64,000 bases of DNA, from positions 3,200,001 to 3,264,000 of the forward strand of contig OY762209.1 of the NCBI GenBank assembly GCA_963665295.1. Reading direction: 5' to 3'. Shown piece after piece: positions 50,270-59,541 of this stretch; positions within the stretch are counted from its first letter, which is position 1; the number at the start of each line of letters is the position of its first letter. The stretch is from Syntrophorhabdaceae bacterium (GTDB taxonomy: Bacteria > Desulfobacterota > Syntrophorhabdia > Syntrophorhabdales > Syntrophorhabdaceae). Position numbers and translations under genes: made by a program. The notes beneath the pieces were generated by a model, which saw nothing but the letters and a program-made list of their open reading frames with translations, did not search any database and was not told the DNA's origin.

Positions 50270-51190
50270 ATGAAAGGATGCATTTGCTCATGTATCGCGG
50301 CAATCGGGTGGTCTCTTCTCGCGGTGATCTGTTCCGCGGCGCCTCATGACCCCGTGGTATCCACCGGGTGGCTTCAGAAGCACATCGATAACGGGTCACT
50401 GATCGTATTGGATATAAGAAAGGTGGAGGAATACAGAGAGAGCCACATCCCCGGCTCCATTTCTCTCACCTTCAACGCCTGGAGGACGACGGACGAGAAC
50501 ATGGGGTGCCAACTCCCCATGAAGGATGAGCTTGAAGACAAAGTCTGCTCCATGGGAGCAGACGTGAACTCCCACGTGGTTATCGTAGGAAAGACCGACA
50601 CGGACGTGGCTTGCGTGAGCGCGACACGGGTTGCATGGACTTTGAGGTACGCGGGAATCCGTAACCTCTCCATACTCGACGGCGGTTTCGGCAAATGGGT
50701 CAGGGAAGGCAGGCCGCTCGCGGAGAAAGTAACCAAAAGAGCCAAGAGCGATTTCCGGTGCGGATGGAACGAGAGCGTCCTTGCCACCAAGAAAGACGTG
50801 ATGGATTCCTGCGCCTGCAAAGGGCAGGATGCGATTGTCGATACGAGACCGGTGGCCCAATTTACGGGGAAGGTCGCGTGCCCGTCCGTAAAGAGGAAGG
50901 GCCATATCCCCGGGGCTGTAAATCTCCCCTATTCTCTCGTGTATACGAAAGACGGGATGTTCGAGTCCAGGGAATCACTCCAGGCTTTGGCCTCCCGGCA
51001 CATAGGGAAAAACAAGGAAAGGAAGACCATCGTGGTGTGTTCAAACGGCCAGTTTGCCTCAGCCTGGTGGTTTGCCTTGAGTGAGATCCTTGGGTACAGG
51101 GACGTGAAAATCTACGATGGCTCCATGGAAGAGTGGTGCTGCGATCAGGCGGCTCCGCTTGCCGTGAATCCGTCAGGACAGAAACGCTGA
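50270..51190 (+). CDS. Tandem rhodanese sulfurtransferase, probably exported
   Basis: VVSTGWL, HIPG x2, LDGG..KW, CSNG active loop, YDGSMEEW; AAGGAGG before ATG 50270; hydrophobic N-terminus. Confidence 0.85.
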   Translation: MKGCICSCIAAIGWSLLAVICSAAPHDPVVSTGWLQKHIDNGSLIVLDIRKVEEYRESHIPGSISLTFNAWRTTDENMGCQLPMKDELEDKVCSMGADVNSHVVIVGKTDTDVACVSATRVAWTLRYAGIRNLSILDGGFGKWVREGRPLAEKVTKRAKSDFRCGWNESVLATKKDVMDSCACKGQDAIVDTRPVAQFTGKVACPSVKRKGHIPGAVNLPYSLVYTKDGMFESRESLQALASRHIGKNKERKTIVVCSNGQFASAWWFALSEILGYRDVKIYDGSMEEWCCDQAAPLAVNPSGQKR

Positions 51191-51243
51191 GAGGCAAATT
51201 GAAAGGTTTCCGCAGGCTTACTTTGCAAGGGAATGGTGGTGAA

Positions 51244-52032
51244 TTGATCGCCTCGTCAGCGGGAAGATTTCAATACATTTACGGACCTGTCCCCTCGTGG
51301 AGGTTGGGAAGCTCACTGGGAATAGACTTGTTGTCCCAAAAAGAGAAGATATGCAGTTATGACTGTGTCTATTGCCAGTTGGGGAAAACGAAGACTTTCT
51401 CCGTGACCCGGCAGCTCTACATTCCGGGAGATAAGGTTTTGAAAGAATTGGAAGGGTTCCCGACCGATCCTGCCATAGATTACATTACCTTGTCGGGAAG
51501 GGGCGAACCGACTCTCGCGATAAACCTGGGGGAAGTGATCGATGCGTTGAGAGGGGTCCGGCAGGAGTCGATTGCCGTAATTACCAACGCATCTCTGATG
51601 AGTAGACAGGATGTGAGAGGGGATTTGGCCCGCGCTGATTTGGTCATAGCTAAATTGGATGCCTGTTCACCGGAATTATTTGTAAAAGTGAATCGTCCAT
51701 CTCACGAATTAAGATTTGACGCAATCCTTGAGGGAATAAAGGAATTCAGAAAACACTTCCGGGGAAAACTGGCGCTTCAGGCTATGTTCATGAAAGAAAA
51801 TGAAAGGCTTGCTCACGAAATAGCAGCTATTGCAAAAGAAATCCTTCCCGACGAGGTGCAAATCAATACCCCGTTGAGACCATGCGGAATTGGGCCGTTA
51901 GGGGAGAAAACAGTACGCGAGATTAGAAGTTATTTCACTGGCCTCAATCCCATTTCGGTCTATGAGAGCCGAAAGAAACCCGTAAAGCCTGTCAGTGATG
52001 CGGATACGCTCAAAAGAAGAGGGAAAACCTGA
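51244..52032 (+). CDS. Radical SAM Fe-S oxidoreductase
   Basis: YGPVPSWRLG.SLG, CSYDCVYCQ, GEPTL, TNASL; start uncertain. Confidence 0.85.
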   Translation: MIASSAGRFQYIYGPVPSWRLGSSLGIDLLSQKEKICSYDCVYCQLGKTKTFSVTRQLYIPGDKVLKELEGFPTDPAIDYITLSGRGEPTLAINLGEVIDALRGVRQESIAVITNASLMSRQDVRGDLARADLVIAKLDACSPELFVKVNRPSHELRFDAILEGIKEFRKHFRGKLALQAMFMKENERLAHEIAAIAKEILPDEVQINTPLRPCGIGPLGEKTVREIRSYFTGLNPISVYESRKKPVKPVSDADTLKRRGKT

Positions 52033-52132
52033 GAAGGTTGCGATTGCATGGAGATTGGAATATTCCATGAGCCTTCGAGCCGGGAAAACGGCATTGAATT
52101 GAGAGTAAAGAGAACGCGAATACGGAGGGATT

Positions 52133-52360
52133 ATGCCCCTTGGTTTTAAGAGGAAAAGAGGTCGTAATGGAATCAGTGGACAAGGTGGGGCCACCCCGGC
52201 AAGAGGGAAGGGCGGTTTCGGTCCTGGGGGACCTCCCACGGACTGTATCTGTCCGCGCTGCGGTACGGTTGCGCCTCGCGAACCGGGCGTGCCCTGTTTT
52301 CAGAAGAAATGTCCCCAATGCGCGTCTCCGATGATGCGTCAATTTGTGAAAAGTGATTGA
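52133..52360 (+). CDS. Small Gly-rich/Cys-rich protein (paralog of 40724)
   Basis: GGFGPGG..CICPRCG..PC...CPQC; GGAGG RBS. Confidence 0.7.
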   Translation: MPLGFKRKRGRNGISGQGGATPARGKGGFGPGGPPTDCICPRCGTVAPREPGVPCFQKKCPQCASPMMRQFVKSD

Positions 52361-52381
52361 CAGGACGTCTGCGCAGAGATC

Positions 52382-53704
52382 ATGGAAGCTATAGGGGAAT
52401 CCATGAGCAGTCACGTTGAATCCCTCAAACGGGGCCGGAAGGTAGCCCTTACCGCAACTGTTATCATACTCCTCCTGGCGAGTTCGAAATTGGTTACCGG
52501 CTACCTTTTTGACTCCAGGATACTCATTGCCGACGGCCTCCACAGCGGTGTCGACACTCTGGCAATCTTCGCTTCGTGGTTTGGCCTCTGGTTAGCCTCC
52601 CAAAAGAAAAGTAAGAAATTCCCTTATGGGCTCTATAGAGCCGAGACGTTTGTCACTCTTGTAATTGGAGTTTTCATCGCCTTGGCCGGTCTGGAGAACG
52701 TGTTCGCGGGATACAGGAAACTTTTCCTTTCGCCAACTCCGCAAGAGTTCCCGATCCTGCCCGTTGTCGTGAGCGTGCTTTCGCTCGCAGTATCCTGCTA
52801 TATCGCCAGAAAGGAAAGAGAAACGGGTACTGCGATCAATTCGCGAGCCCTTCTGGCGAATGCCTCAGAGGCTTTTCTCGACATAGGCACGTCCTTTGTT
52901 GTTTTGATGGGGATTCTGCTCGCCTATGCCGCGGTGCCCCATGTGGAAGGTATAACCATAATACTCATTGCCCTCCTCATCGTCCGGCTGGGCATAAAGA
53001 ATGTGTGGACTCCCGTTATGGTTCTTATGGATGCAAATCTCGACCCGGAACTGCAGGAAGAAATTGAGGAGAAGGTGTACGGCGTTACCGGCGTCAAGGG
53101 GGTGACGGGCGTGAAAATACGTCAATCCGGGCCCTTCAGAATGGTGGAGTGCAGTATCGCAGCAAGCCCGAGTCTCTCTGTCTACAAGGCGCATGAGATC
53201 GCAGACCGGGTAGAAGACCTTATCGCCCATAACTACCGGCAAATAGAGTCGGTCTTCGTGCACATCGAACCATCGAGACAAGACGTCGTATCGGCAATAA
53301 TGCCCGTTCAAGACATTCACGGATTGGATTCAAAGCTTCACGGTCATTTTGGGAGAGCGCCCTATTTCATGATTCTCAGGATGGACAAAGAGAGTGTGGA
53401 GATAGAGGATTTTTACTACAACGAGTTTCTCAGCGAGAAAGAACGTATCCACGTGGGGGTCAAGGTGATAAGGGCCGTCATCACGCATGGTCTCGACATT
53501 GTTTTCACCCCCAAAATCGGGGAGATTTCTTTCCACATGCTGAGAGACAATTTTGTAGAGATTTACAAGGCGGAAGAAGGGTTGAGTGTGCGGGAAGCTA
53601 TAAGCAGATATCGGGACAATTTGCTTGAGCCTATTGTGGCTCCCCACCCGGCAGAGGAATCCCAGGTGGAAAAAGAACAAATGGTTGACCGGAAAGAATC
53701 CTAG
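52382..53704 (+). CDS. Cation diffusion facilitator fused to NifB/NifX domain
   Basis: ADGLHS..D, FPYG..RAE, AHEIAD, VHIEP; C-terminal HFGRAPYF. Confidence 0.85.
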   Translation: MEAIGESMSSHVESLKRGRKVALTATVIILLLASSKLVTGYLFDSRILIADGLHSGVDTLAIFASWFGLWLASQKKSKKFPYGLYRAETFVTLVIGVFIALAGLENVFAGYRKLFLSPTPQEFPILPVVVSVLSLAVSCYIARKERETGTAINSRALLANASEAFLDIGTSFVVLMGILLAYAAVPHVEGITIILIALLIVRLGIKNVWTPVMVLMDANLDPELQEEIEEKVYGVTGVKGVTGVKIRQSGPFRMVECSIAASPSLSVYKAHEIADRVEDLIAHNYRQIESVFVHIEPSRQDVVSAIMPVQDIHGLDSKLHGHFGRAPYFMILRMDKESVEIEDFYYNEFLSEKERIHVGVKVIRAVITHGLDIVFTPKIGEISFHMLRDNFVEIYKAEEGLSVREAISRYRDNLLEPIVAPHPAEESQVEKEQMVDRKES

Positions 53705-53777
53705 CGGATTATCGACGGCGACCCGGGCAGGATTTCGGTAAATGCAGCAATACGCCATGATATCGAGAGGAGAGCAA

Positions 53778-54209
53778 ATGGAAAGGTTTGAGCCTGAGAT
53801 TATAGCTTTTTGTTGCGAATTCTGAGGGTATACCGCAGCGGACCTGGCAGGTTCGATGAGACTCTCATATCCAACAAATATAAAGATCGTGAAGGTTCCC
53901 TGCACTGGCAGGGTTGACATAATTCACATATTGAAGGCCTTTGAAAGCGGAACGGACGGGGTGTGCCTTGTGGGATGTCTCGAGGGCGACTGTCATTTCC
54001 TGGTGGGCAACATAAGGGCTCGAAAACGTGTAGGGTGCGTGAAACATCTCCTCGATGAATGCGGCATAGGAGGGGAACGGGCTGTCATGTATAATTTGTC
54101 GTCTGCCGAGGGTCAACGCTTCGCAGAGGTGGCTCGGGAGATGACGGAGAAAATCAGAGCCCTTGGGCCGAATCCGGCGAAAAAATCACCGGCCCTCCTT
54201 CCACGGTAG
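53778..54209 (+). CDS. mvhD: MvhD/FlpD hydrogenase iron-sulfur subunit, selenoprotein (UGA at 53823-53825)
   Basis: GAGGAG RBS; MERFEPEIIAFCCEF-UGA-GYTAADLAG in frame with VPCTGRVD, DGV..GC..GDCHF. Confidence 0.88.
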
Positions 54210-54289
54210 CGCTCGAACCGAGGCCCTGTCCCGCGAGAAAGCTCCAGAAGCCGGAAACGGAATGTGAGCGAAGATAAGGGAACGTTCTG

Positions 54290-54646
54290 AGGCCAGGGAA
54301 GGAGGGGCGAGACGCGGGATGCATGGACGACGATGCCCCATGCGGTTCCCTGTATCATCTCAAAGGCGTGGCCCAGAAGGCCGAATCCGGTTACATCGGT
54401 ATAGACGTCCGCTCTTAGAAGTCGTCGGCGATGGGGGTAAAAAAGTCAACCGTCTGAATCAGGGCGAGGTCTTCGGAGAGCTTGTCGCCCCGGCATCACT
54501 AACCCTTTCCATTCATGCAATCAAATTGCGGTCATTCGCCAACGAAAAACCGCACAGGGCCCTGTCCAGGTCCCCCGGACCCTGCTTGGGCGCTCAGCCG
54601 CCCCCCTCGCTGTTCCCGTCAATCGCCGCATATCCTTGTGCGTCAT
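54290..54646 (-). pseudogene. selD: Decayed selenophosphate synthetase gene
   Basis: RLT...G-UGA-APKQGPGDLDRALCG, DAG, KLSEDLALIQTVDFFTPIADD and TDVTGFGLLGHAFEM fragments, with frameshifts, stops and an internal deletion. Confidence 0.88.
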
Positions 54647-55506
54647 TCGTTACCTCTCATGCAGAAGTTCAGCGCTTCAGGTATGTATCGGATTATCTCC
54701 ATTACCTGTGACGCCGGGGTTGGGTGCGCATATGAGCCCGCCAATCGATTTGTTCGGGCCGCCAGCACTGCTGCCTCTCTAACGTTCATCCCGAATGCAC
54801 AAAGGGCGGCGACGATACCAGTCAAGGTGTCCCCGGTCCCTCCGATCGCTTCCATTGATTCTTCGACAGGGCTATCGATGATGTCCTGCACCCCGTCCCG
54901 GTTGACTATGTAGTCCTTGCTGCCCTTGACGAGAAGATACTTTGAGGCATTCCCGTGGGCATAGGCCCTGGCAATTAAGTCGGGCACGCGGTTTTCCTCG
55001 TGTAAGATAAATCCCCGTGTGTAAAACGGATGGGGGGCAGCCTCGTCCGCAAGGAAGGCAAGCTCTCCGGTATCCGGGGTAAACAGGTCGTAAAACCCGG
55101 ACTGCCCGCTCATCTTGGCCACGTACATGGAGCCGGCATCCGCGATGAGGATGGGCTTGGGGATTATTCCCTTGATTACGGTGAGGAGTCGGTTGTGCCA
55201 TTCCACAAAGGGCTGGAGATAATGAAAAGCAATGGTACGAAAGCCACTCTTCGTGAGATGGTCCAGGAGAAACTGATAGAGTTTCTTGCTGCCCTCGCCG
55301 GAGCCGATATCTCCGGCCAGATAGGCGAAAGTCGGTTCCCCGCCCAGAGCCTCTTCGGCTTTGGCAGCGGCAGCGAGCAGAGCCGGGGTCCCCCGATTTA
55401 CGGTTATGGCTCTCCCCTCGATCGTAATGTGTTCATTTTCCAAAAGGACTCTTCCCGCGAGTAACGGAAAGTCGCGCTCCGGAACGGTTCCTACGACTGC
55501 GAGCAT
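54643..55506 (-). CDS. Ribokinase-like / NAD(P)HX-dehydratase-like protein associated with YedE/YedF
   Basis: IADAG, FTPD.GEL, LLVKG, IGGTGDTLTG. Confidence 0.7.
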   Translation of the reverse strand: MLAVVGTVPERDFPLLAGRVLLENEHITIEGRAITVNRGTPALLAAAAKAEEALGGEPTFAYLAGDIGSGEGSKKLYQFLLDHLTKSGFRTIAFHYLQPFVEWHNRLLTVIKGIIPKPILIADAGSMYVAKMSGQSGFYDLFTPDTGELAFLADEAAPHPFYTRGFILHEENRVPDLIARAYAHGNASKYLLVKGSKDYIVNRDGVQDIIDSPVEESMEAIGGTGDTLTGIVAALCAFGMNVREAAVLAARTNRLAGSYAHPTPASQVMEIIRYIPEALNFCMRGNE

Positions 55507-56045
55507 CTTTTTTTCACCTCTTCATACGCCAACTGAAGGGCGTAGCCGCAAAGGGTATATCCGATTTCCCGGGGGCTTGGGGCCTCATCCAGACGCCTGC
55601 CCACCATCTCCGCGGCGAGGAAAGGCACATCCGGACAGCCGCCTCCGGAAATATTGACGATGTACAGGGACTCCTTGTCGATGGTTAGTTTCATGTTGGC
55701 TGCCTGTACCATCAGATATTTGCCAAAATCCTTGATCCTGAAAAGATTGACCGGTTGCAGCAAAGGACCTGTGACAGGCACCGCCTGGAGAGGCGGGATT
55801 CCGCCATCCTGCAGGACCTTCGTGATCTTCAGTTCCTCGATCAGAGGGAACTCAATGACAAGATCGCACCCCGTTCGGATCTCAGGGGGAGGCCCCATCA
55901 CACGGATATCCCATCCGTTCTTCCTCAACAGGTTTTCTGCCTGAATGACCTCGCCGGTGCTTTCGAAAACAAGAAAACCGCGGTCTGTGCGGCCCTTCTT
56001 CGAGATCCCCGGTTGACCCCCTTTCAAAAACTGCAGCAGCGCCAA
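55491..56045 (-). CDS. DUF3343-domain putative Se/S carrier protein
   Basis: LVF..T.EVI.AE, PP.EIRTGCDL, SGGGCPDVP, TLCGY. Confidence 0.7.
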   Translation of the reverse strand: MALLQFLKGGQPGISKKGRTDRGFLVFESTGEVIQAENLLRKNGWDIRVMGPPPEIRTGCDLVIEFPLIEELKITKVLQDGGIPPLQAVPVTGPLLQPVNLFRIKDFGKYLMVQAANMKLTIDKESLYIVNISGGGCPDVPFLAAEMVGRRLDEAPSPREIGYTLCGYALQLAYEEVKKRCSQS

Positions 56046-56048
56046 GGA

Positions 56049-56267
56049 TCAGTCCTTTGAAATGCTAATACGGTAACCGGTCCCTTCCTGTTCGACACTT
56101 CTCAGGGTCCACCCCTGCGAGACGGCGGCACGGGAAACGTTCTCCTTGGATGTGTCCGTATCCACGAGAATGACAATCTCGCCTTTCTTCAACTTCTTTA
56201 TCTCGTTCATGGTCAAAAGAACGGGTTGCGGGCACGAAAGCCCTTTTGCATCGACGACTGCGCTCAT
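56049..56267 (-). CDS. TusA/SirA-like sulfur/selenium carrier (YedF-like)
   Basis: VDAKGLSCPQPV, ILVD...SKENV. Confidence 0.88.
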   Translation of the reverse strand: MSAVVDAKGLSCPQPVLLTMNEIKKLKKGEIVILVDTDTSKENVSRAAVSQGWTLRSVEQEGTGYRISISKD

Positions 56268-56293
56268 TATGTCCCTCCTTCCTTAAACTGCCT

Positions 56294-57388
56294 TCAGGCC
56301 ACCCGTTTTTTCATCGTGAAACCGATGAAAAGGCAAACCAGAAGACCTGTGATCACAGCGGCAATCCCATACGGCCCCACGCCTTCCGGCGAACTGGCCA
56401 ATCCGAAGTTGTGTGCGATGCCCGCTCCGACAATCATTCCGAATACAAAGACCGCCGCATCCCCGTCACCCTCGCCCGCAAGAAAGAGCTGTCTTCCCGG
56501 GCACCCTCCGGCCAGGGCGAAGGCCAGTCCCGCCAGGACCATACCCCCGAAGTTCCAGAGACCCATCGTGTGAGCTACGGGTTGCTTCGCGAAGCCGGGG
56601 TGAAACTGTCCCAAAACCAGGTTGGTTGCAAAGGCAAACACGACGAGTGCGATAAACCCCGAAAGGAGATGGGCTTGTTTGAACAGGATAATATCCCGGA
56701 TCGCTCCCATAGTGCAAAATCGGCTTCTCTGGGCCAGGAATCCGATGAAGAGACCTATTGCGAGCGATACGTAAAGCGGAGCATGCATGGAGCCGGGTCC
56801 TTTAACGCTGTAAAACAATATTCCGCTCTTCTCCTGGCCGCTCACCTGTGGGAAAACGAACATGAGAACAAGAAAACCCGCCATTGTCAATGGCAGCAGC
56901 CATCCGACCGAGGTATGAGTGGGCTGAGAGCGTCCGAGGTTGAACCCCCCTTTCATAAAAAGGACGCCCACCCATATCCCTCCGACAAGTCCGAGGAGAC
57001 CGAAAATCGCGTTTCCATCTCCGCCTGCCAAACGGAGGACGGCCCGCCACGGGCATCCTAAGAAGACCAGGGCTCCGATCATTGCAAAGGCGCCGAGCAC
57101 GAACCGGACGATGGGGGCAGACCCGGCGCGGGAGCGGAATTCCTTGAATGCGTACGCGGCGATCAGGGAACCGAGGACAAAGCCGATGATTTCGGGCCGC
57201 ATATATTGAACGACGGCAGCCCGATGAAGCCCCAGCGTTCCGGCAATGTCCCGCTCGAAACAGGCCACGCAGATACCCATGTTCGCCGGGTTCCCCCACT
57301 TCTGCAAAAGGGCGGCAAGAATTCCAATAACGGCTCCCACTGATATAATTCCCCAACGGCTTGAAAAAAACTGTGCGAATTTGGGCAT
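56294..57388 (-). CDS. yedE: YedE family putative selenium transporter
   Basis: GNPANMGICVACFERD, QYMRPE, LGCPWR, QRSRFC, GGCPGRQ; multi-TM. Confidence 0.9.
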   Translation of the reverse strand: MPKFAQFFSSRWGIISVGAVIGILAALLQKWGNPANMGICVACFERDIAGTLGLHRAAVVQYMRPEIIGFVLGSLIAAYAFKEFRSRAGSAPIVRFVLGAFAMIGALVFLGCPWRAVLRLAGGDGNAIFGLLGLVGGIWVGVLFMKGGFNLGRSQPTHTSVGWLLPLTMAGFLVLMFVFPQVSGQEKSGILFYSVKGPGSMHAPLYVSLAIGLFIGFLAQRSRFCTMGAIRDIILFKQAHLLSGFIALVVFAFATNLVLGQFHPGFAKQPVAHTMGLWNFGGMVLAGLAFALAGGCPGRQLFLAGEGDGDAAVFVFGMIVGAGIAHNFGLASSPEGVGPYGIAAVITGLLVCLFIGFTMKKRVA

Positions 57389-57450
57389 AGGCTCTCCTTC
57401 TCCTAGTCTCTTGTAAATCTATTTTCTAGTCTCCATTAACACAGACTATA

Positions 57451-57471
57451 AGTCAAATAGATATTCTCTAT
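57451..57471 (-). promoter_or_regulatory. LysR-type box adjacent to a -35-like hexamer upstream of yedE
   Basis: ATAG-N7-CTAT (57457-57471) next to TTGACT on the minus strand (57451-57456). Confidence 0.45.
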
Positions 57472-57501
57472 CTCAATTCAATTAATCATTTAGCGCCGCT
57501 A

Positions 57502-57933
57502 TTAGCCGGGGTTTGCCTTATTTTTCTTTTCCCTTATCTCATCACGCATTCCTGTAACCTTTTCCACAAAACGCCGCGCCTCGGCGGCACTCACCCAGAA
57601 AAGACGCAACTTGTCCTTCATCGAAAAGGCATCGAACATCTCTTTCAGAGCAGCGATCTTTCTCCTCGTAAAGTAATTTCCTTTGATAAAGTGGCAGTCT
57701 CCCGGGTGACACCCGGCCACGAACACCCCGTCGGCCCCTTCGAGAATCGCCTTGATGACAAAGGCTGGGTCAACGCGGCTCGAACAGGGGACCTGAACCA
57801 TTTTTACCCCGGTCGGGTACTTCATTCTTAAAGTGCCCGCCATTTCAGAGGCCTTGAAGGTGCAATAGGTACAGGCAAAACCGATGATTTCAGGTTCTTC
57901 ATTATGATTATTTTCGTTCTTGTATTCAGACAT
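57502..57933 (-). CDS. mvhD: MvhD/FlpD paralog with Cys at the Sec position
   Basis: EPEIIGFACTYC, VPCSSRVD, ADGV..GCHPGDCHF. Confidence 0.85.
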   Translation of the reverse strand: MSEYKNENNHNEEPEIIGFACTYCTFKASEMAGTLRMKYPTGVKMVQVPCSSRVDPAFVIKAILEGADGVFVAGCHPGDCHFIKGNYFTRRKIAALKEMFDAFSMKDKLRLFWVSAAEARRFVEKVTGMRDEIREKKNKANPG

Positions 57934-57999
57934 CTTCCCTCCCAAGAATGCGGCCCTCAGAAATGGCCGTCGATCGTAGATAGTGGAATAGGCTGCCTC

Positions 58000-58323
58000 T
58001 CACGCCCTTCCAAGGATCAGTGCGTCCTGGGGGCACTCGGCCACGCATGTCCCGCACCCTTTGCATCGGGAGGCATCGACGACAGCTATCTCGTGTACGA
58101 GAATTGCCGCGACAGGACACACCTGCGCGCATATCCCGCAGCCGATGCAGTCCTCCTGAATGACGGTAACAGGGGAAGAAATGCCTCCGCCCTGTCCTGC
58201 CCTCGATTCCATGCTGTCCGTCGATATCCCTTCCGTGACAGATTCGTCTTCACTTTTGGGGCGGTTGGCGACCTCTATTCCCGCAACATGACGGTTTTGA
58301 CGTTTGCTTGGGGGCGAAAGCAT
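58000..58323 (-). CDS. 2x[4Fe-4S] ferredoxin-domain protein (start uncertain)
   Basis: CIGCGICAQVCP and CKGCGTCVAECP. Confidence 0.8.
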   Translation of the reverse strand: MLSPPSKRQNRHVAGIEVANRPKSEDESVTEGISTDSMESRAGQGGGISSPVTVIQEDCIGCGICAQVCPVAAILVHEIAVVDASRCKGCGTCVAECPQDALILGRA

Positions 58324-58506
58324 ATAACCGAGAAATCCCGCGACAGAAGCAGCCGCACCCCGGAGAACCCGTCCACTGTAGGCCCTGTTGTCTCCTGGCC
58401 TGCCCGGCGGGCGAGGCCCCGTTTTTTGCCTGCTCCCCGCCCGCCCTTGCCGTTGCCCATGCTCATCTCCGGCGTCTCTTCTCCGCGTTCAGCCGAAACC
58501 GCCGCG

Positions 58507-58857
58507 CTATCCTGGGTTTTTTGCCCCCTGGGTCTCCAATGTTTCAATCTGTTTCCTGATGTTGTCGAGTGTGCGGGCAATGTTCTCGGCCTGAGCCTTT
58601 AGTATCGCGAGATCGAGTCCCCGGTTTGCGGACGTTCCTGCAGGCGCTCCGGTCTCGGCCCAGCCTGCGCCTGAGCGCTGTCGGCCCGTGAGTCCGGTTG
58701 CATAGTATCGGTTCCGCCGGCCCCGACCTGGGCCTCCGAAAGTGCAACGGTACGGAACGTTCGCGTATCCAGGGATGTCATATCCCGCGCAGAATCCCTC
58801 CCCACGGCCCGTCACTGGTCCAAATCCTCGTGGTCCGGTTCCATCTCCAAATGGCAT
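58507..58857 (-). CDS. DUF5320 family Gly/Arg-rich protein
   Basis: MPFGDGTGP.G.GP.TGRG.GFCAG, YYATGLTG, C-terminal coiled coil; AAGGAGG RBS. Confidence 0.82.
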   Translation of the reverse strand: MPFGDGTGPRGFGPVTGRGEGFCAGYDIPGYANVPYRCTFGGPGRGRRNRYYATGLTGRQRSGAGWAETGAPAGTSANRGLDLAILKAQAENIARTLDNIRKQIETLETQGAKNPG

Positions 58858-58942
58858 AGCTGCCACCTCCTTATGTTTTTTTCTCGTTTCTCCCGACCTC
58901 AGTCGGTTCGGGGAAGCGTCTTATTGCCTTGATCTCCATTTG

Positions 58943-59323
58943 CTACTCCCTCCGGCCACGCCTTCCTCTGTGGCGCCGCGGTCCCGAAGAACCGGGCATG
59001 AGGAATTGTCCCTCCTCAAGCTGTCCTTTTAGCAGGGCCAGGATTACATCGTCTAAAGCCCCGCAGACAAAGGCAACGGCCGTGATACTCTTTGCCGACA
59101 GCGCTCTTTCGTAGGGTTGAGAAATCGCCCCGCACACTACGGCGTCAAGTCCTATGTTTTTCAGTTCTTGAGCGCGGAGGAAGGGATCCGTTGAGTCAAG
59201 AACAAACTCCTCTCGGCCTTGTTCCAGCCCGTCTCTGATGGAAACAGCCAGAAGGTGCCGGGCTACGTCGAAAACAGGGGAAACATGCCCCTGATAGTGG
59301 GTGATGCCTACTTTTTCCAGCAT
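58943..59323 (-). CDS. NifB/NifX family protein (Orp-like)
   Basis: VSPVFDVA, VVCGAIS, FLMPG, Arg/Gly-rich tail. Confidence 0.8.
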   Translation of the reverse strand: MLEKVGITHYQGHVSPVFDVARHLLAVSIRDGLEQGREEFVLDSTDPFLRAQELKNIGLDAVVCGAISQPYERALSAKSITAVAFVCGALDDVILALLKGQLEEGQFLMPGSSGPRRHRGRRGRRE

Positions 59324-59335
59324 GCTTTAGGGACC

Positions 59336-59351
59336 TTCAAGAAGTGTGCCA
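59336..59351 (-). promoter_or_regulatory. Sigma54-like promoter (leftward)
   Basis: TGGCACACTTCTTGAA; deviates from consensus at -12 (GA instead of GC). Confidence 0.45.
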
Positions 59352-59541
59352 AATCGCGTGGACATTCAAATTTCTTGAAAGAAGCGTCTTTTGGCAAGGC
59401 CCAAAGTCGTTACTAAGAATGCAGTATGCACTGTTGTGCTATGCTGCCGTGATGCATTTTGCCCATTAAGGAAGGTCGGCCCTTTGTCTTATTATGGCGT
59501 AAGGCCTCTAAAACGTTCGCAAAATCCATCATTAAAGTTTC

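Noticed and set aside
54513..54515. Second UGA in selD as another Sec codon
   Set aside because: It falls where Gly is expected and sits among other lesions; more likely a GGA-to-TGA nonsense change
54319..54711. 130-aa plus-strand ORF in the mvhD-kinase gap
   Set aside because: It is the antisense of the selD remnant
39945..59323. Nitrogen fixation cluster
   Set aside because: NifB/NifX-type domains only; no nifHDK/ENB in the window
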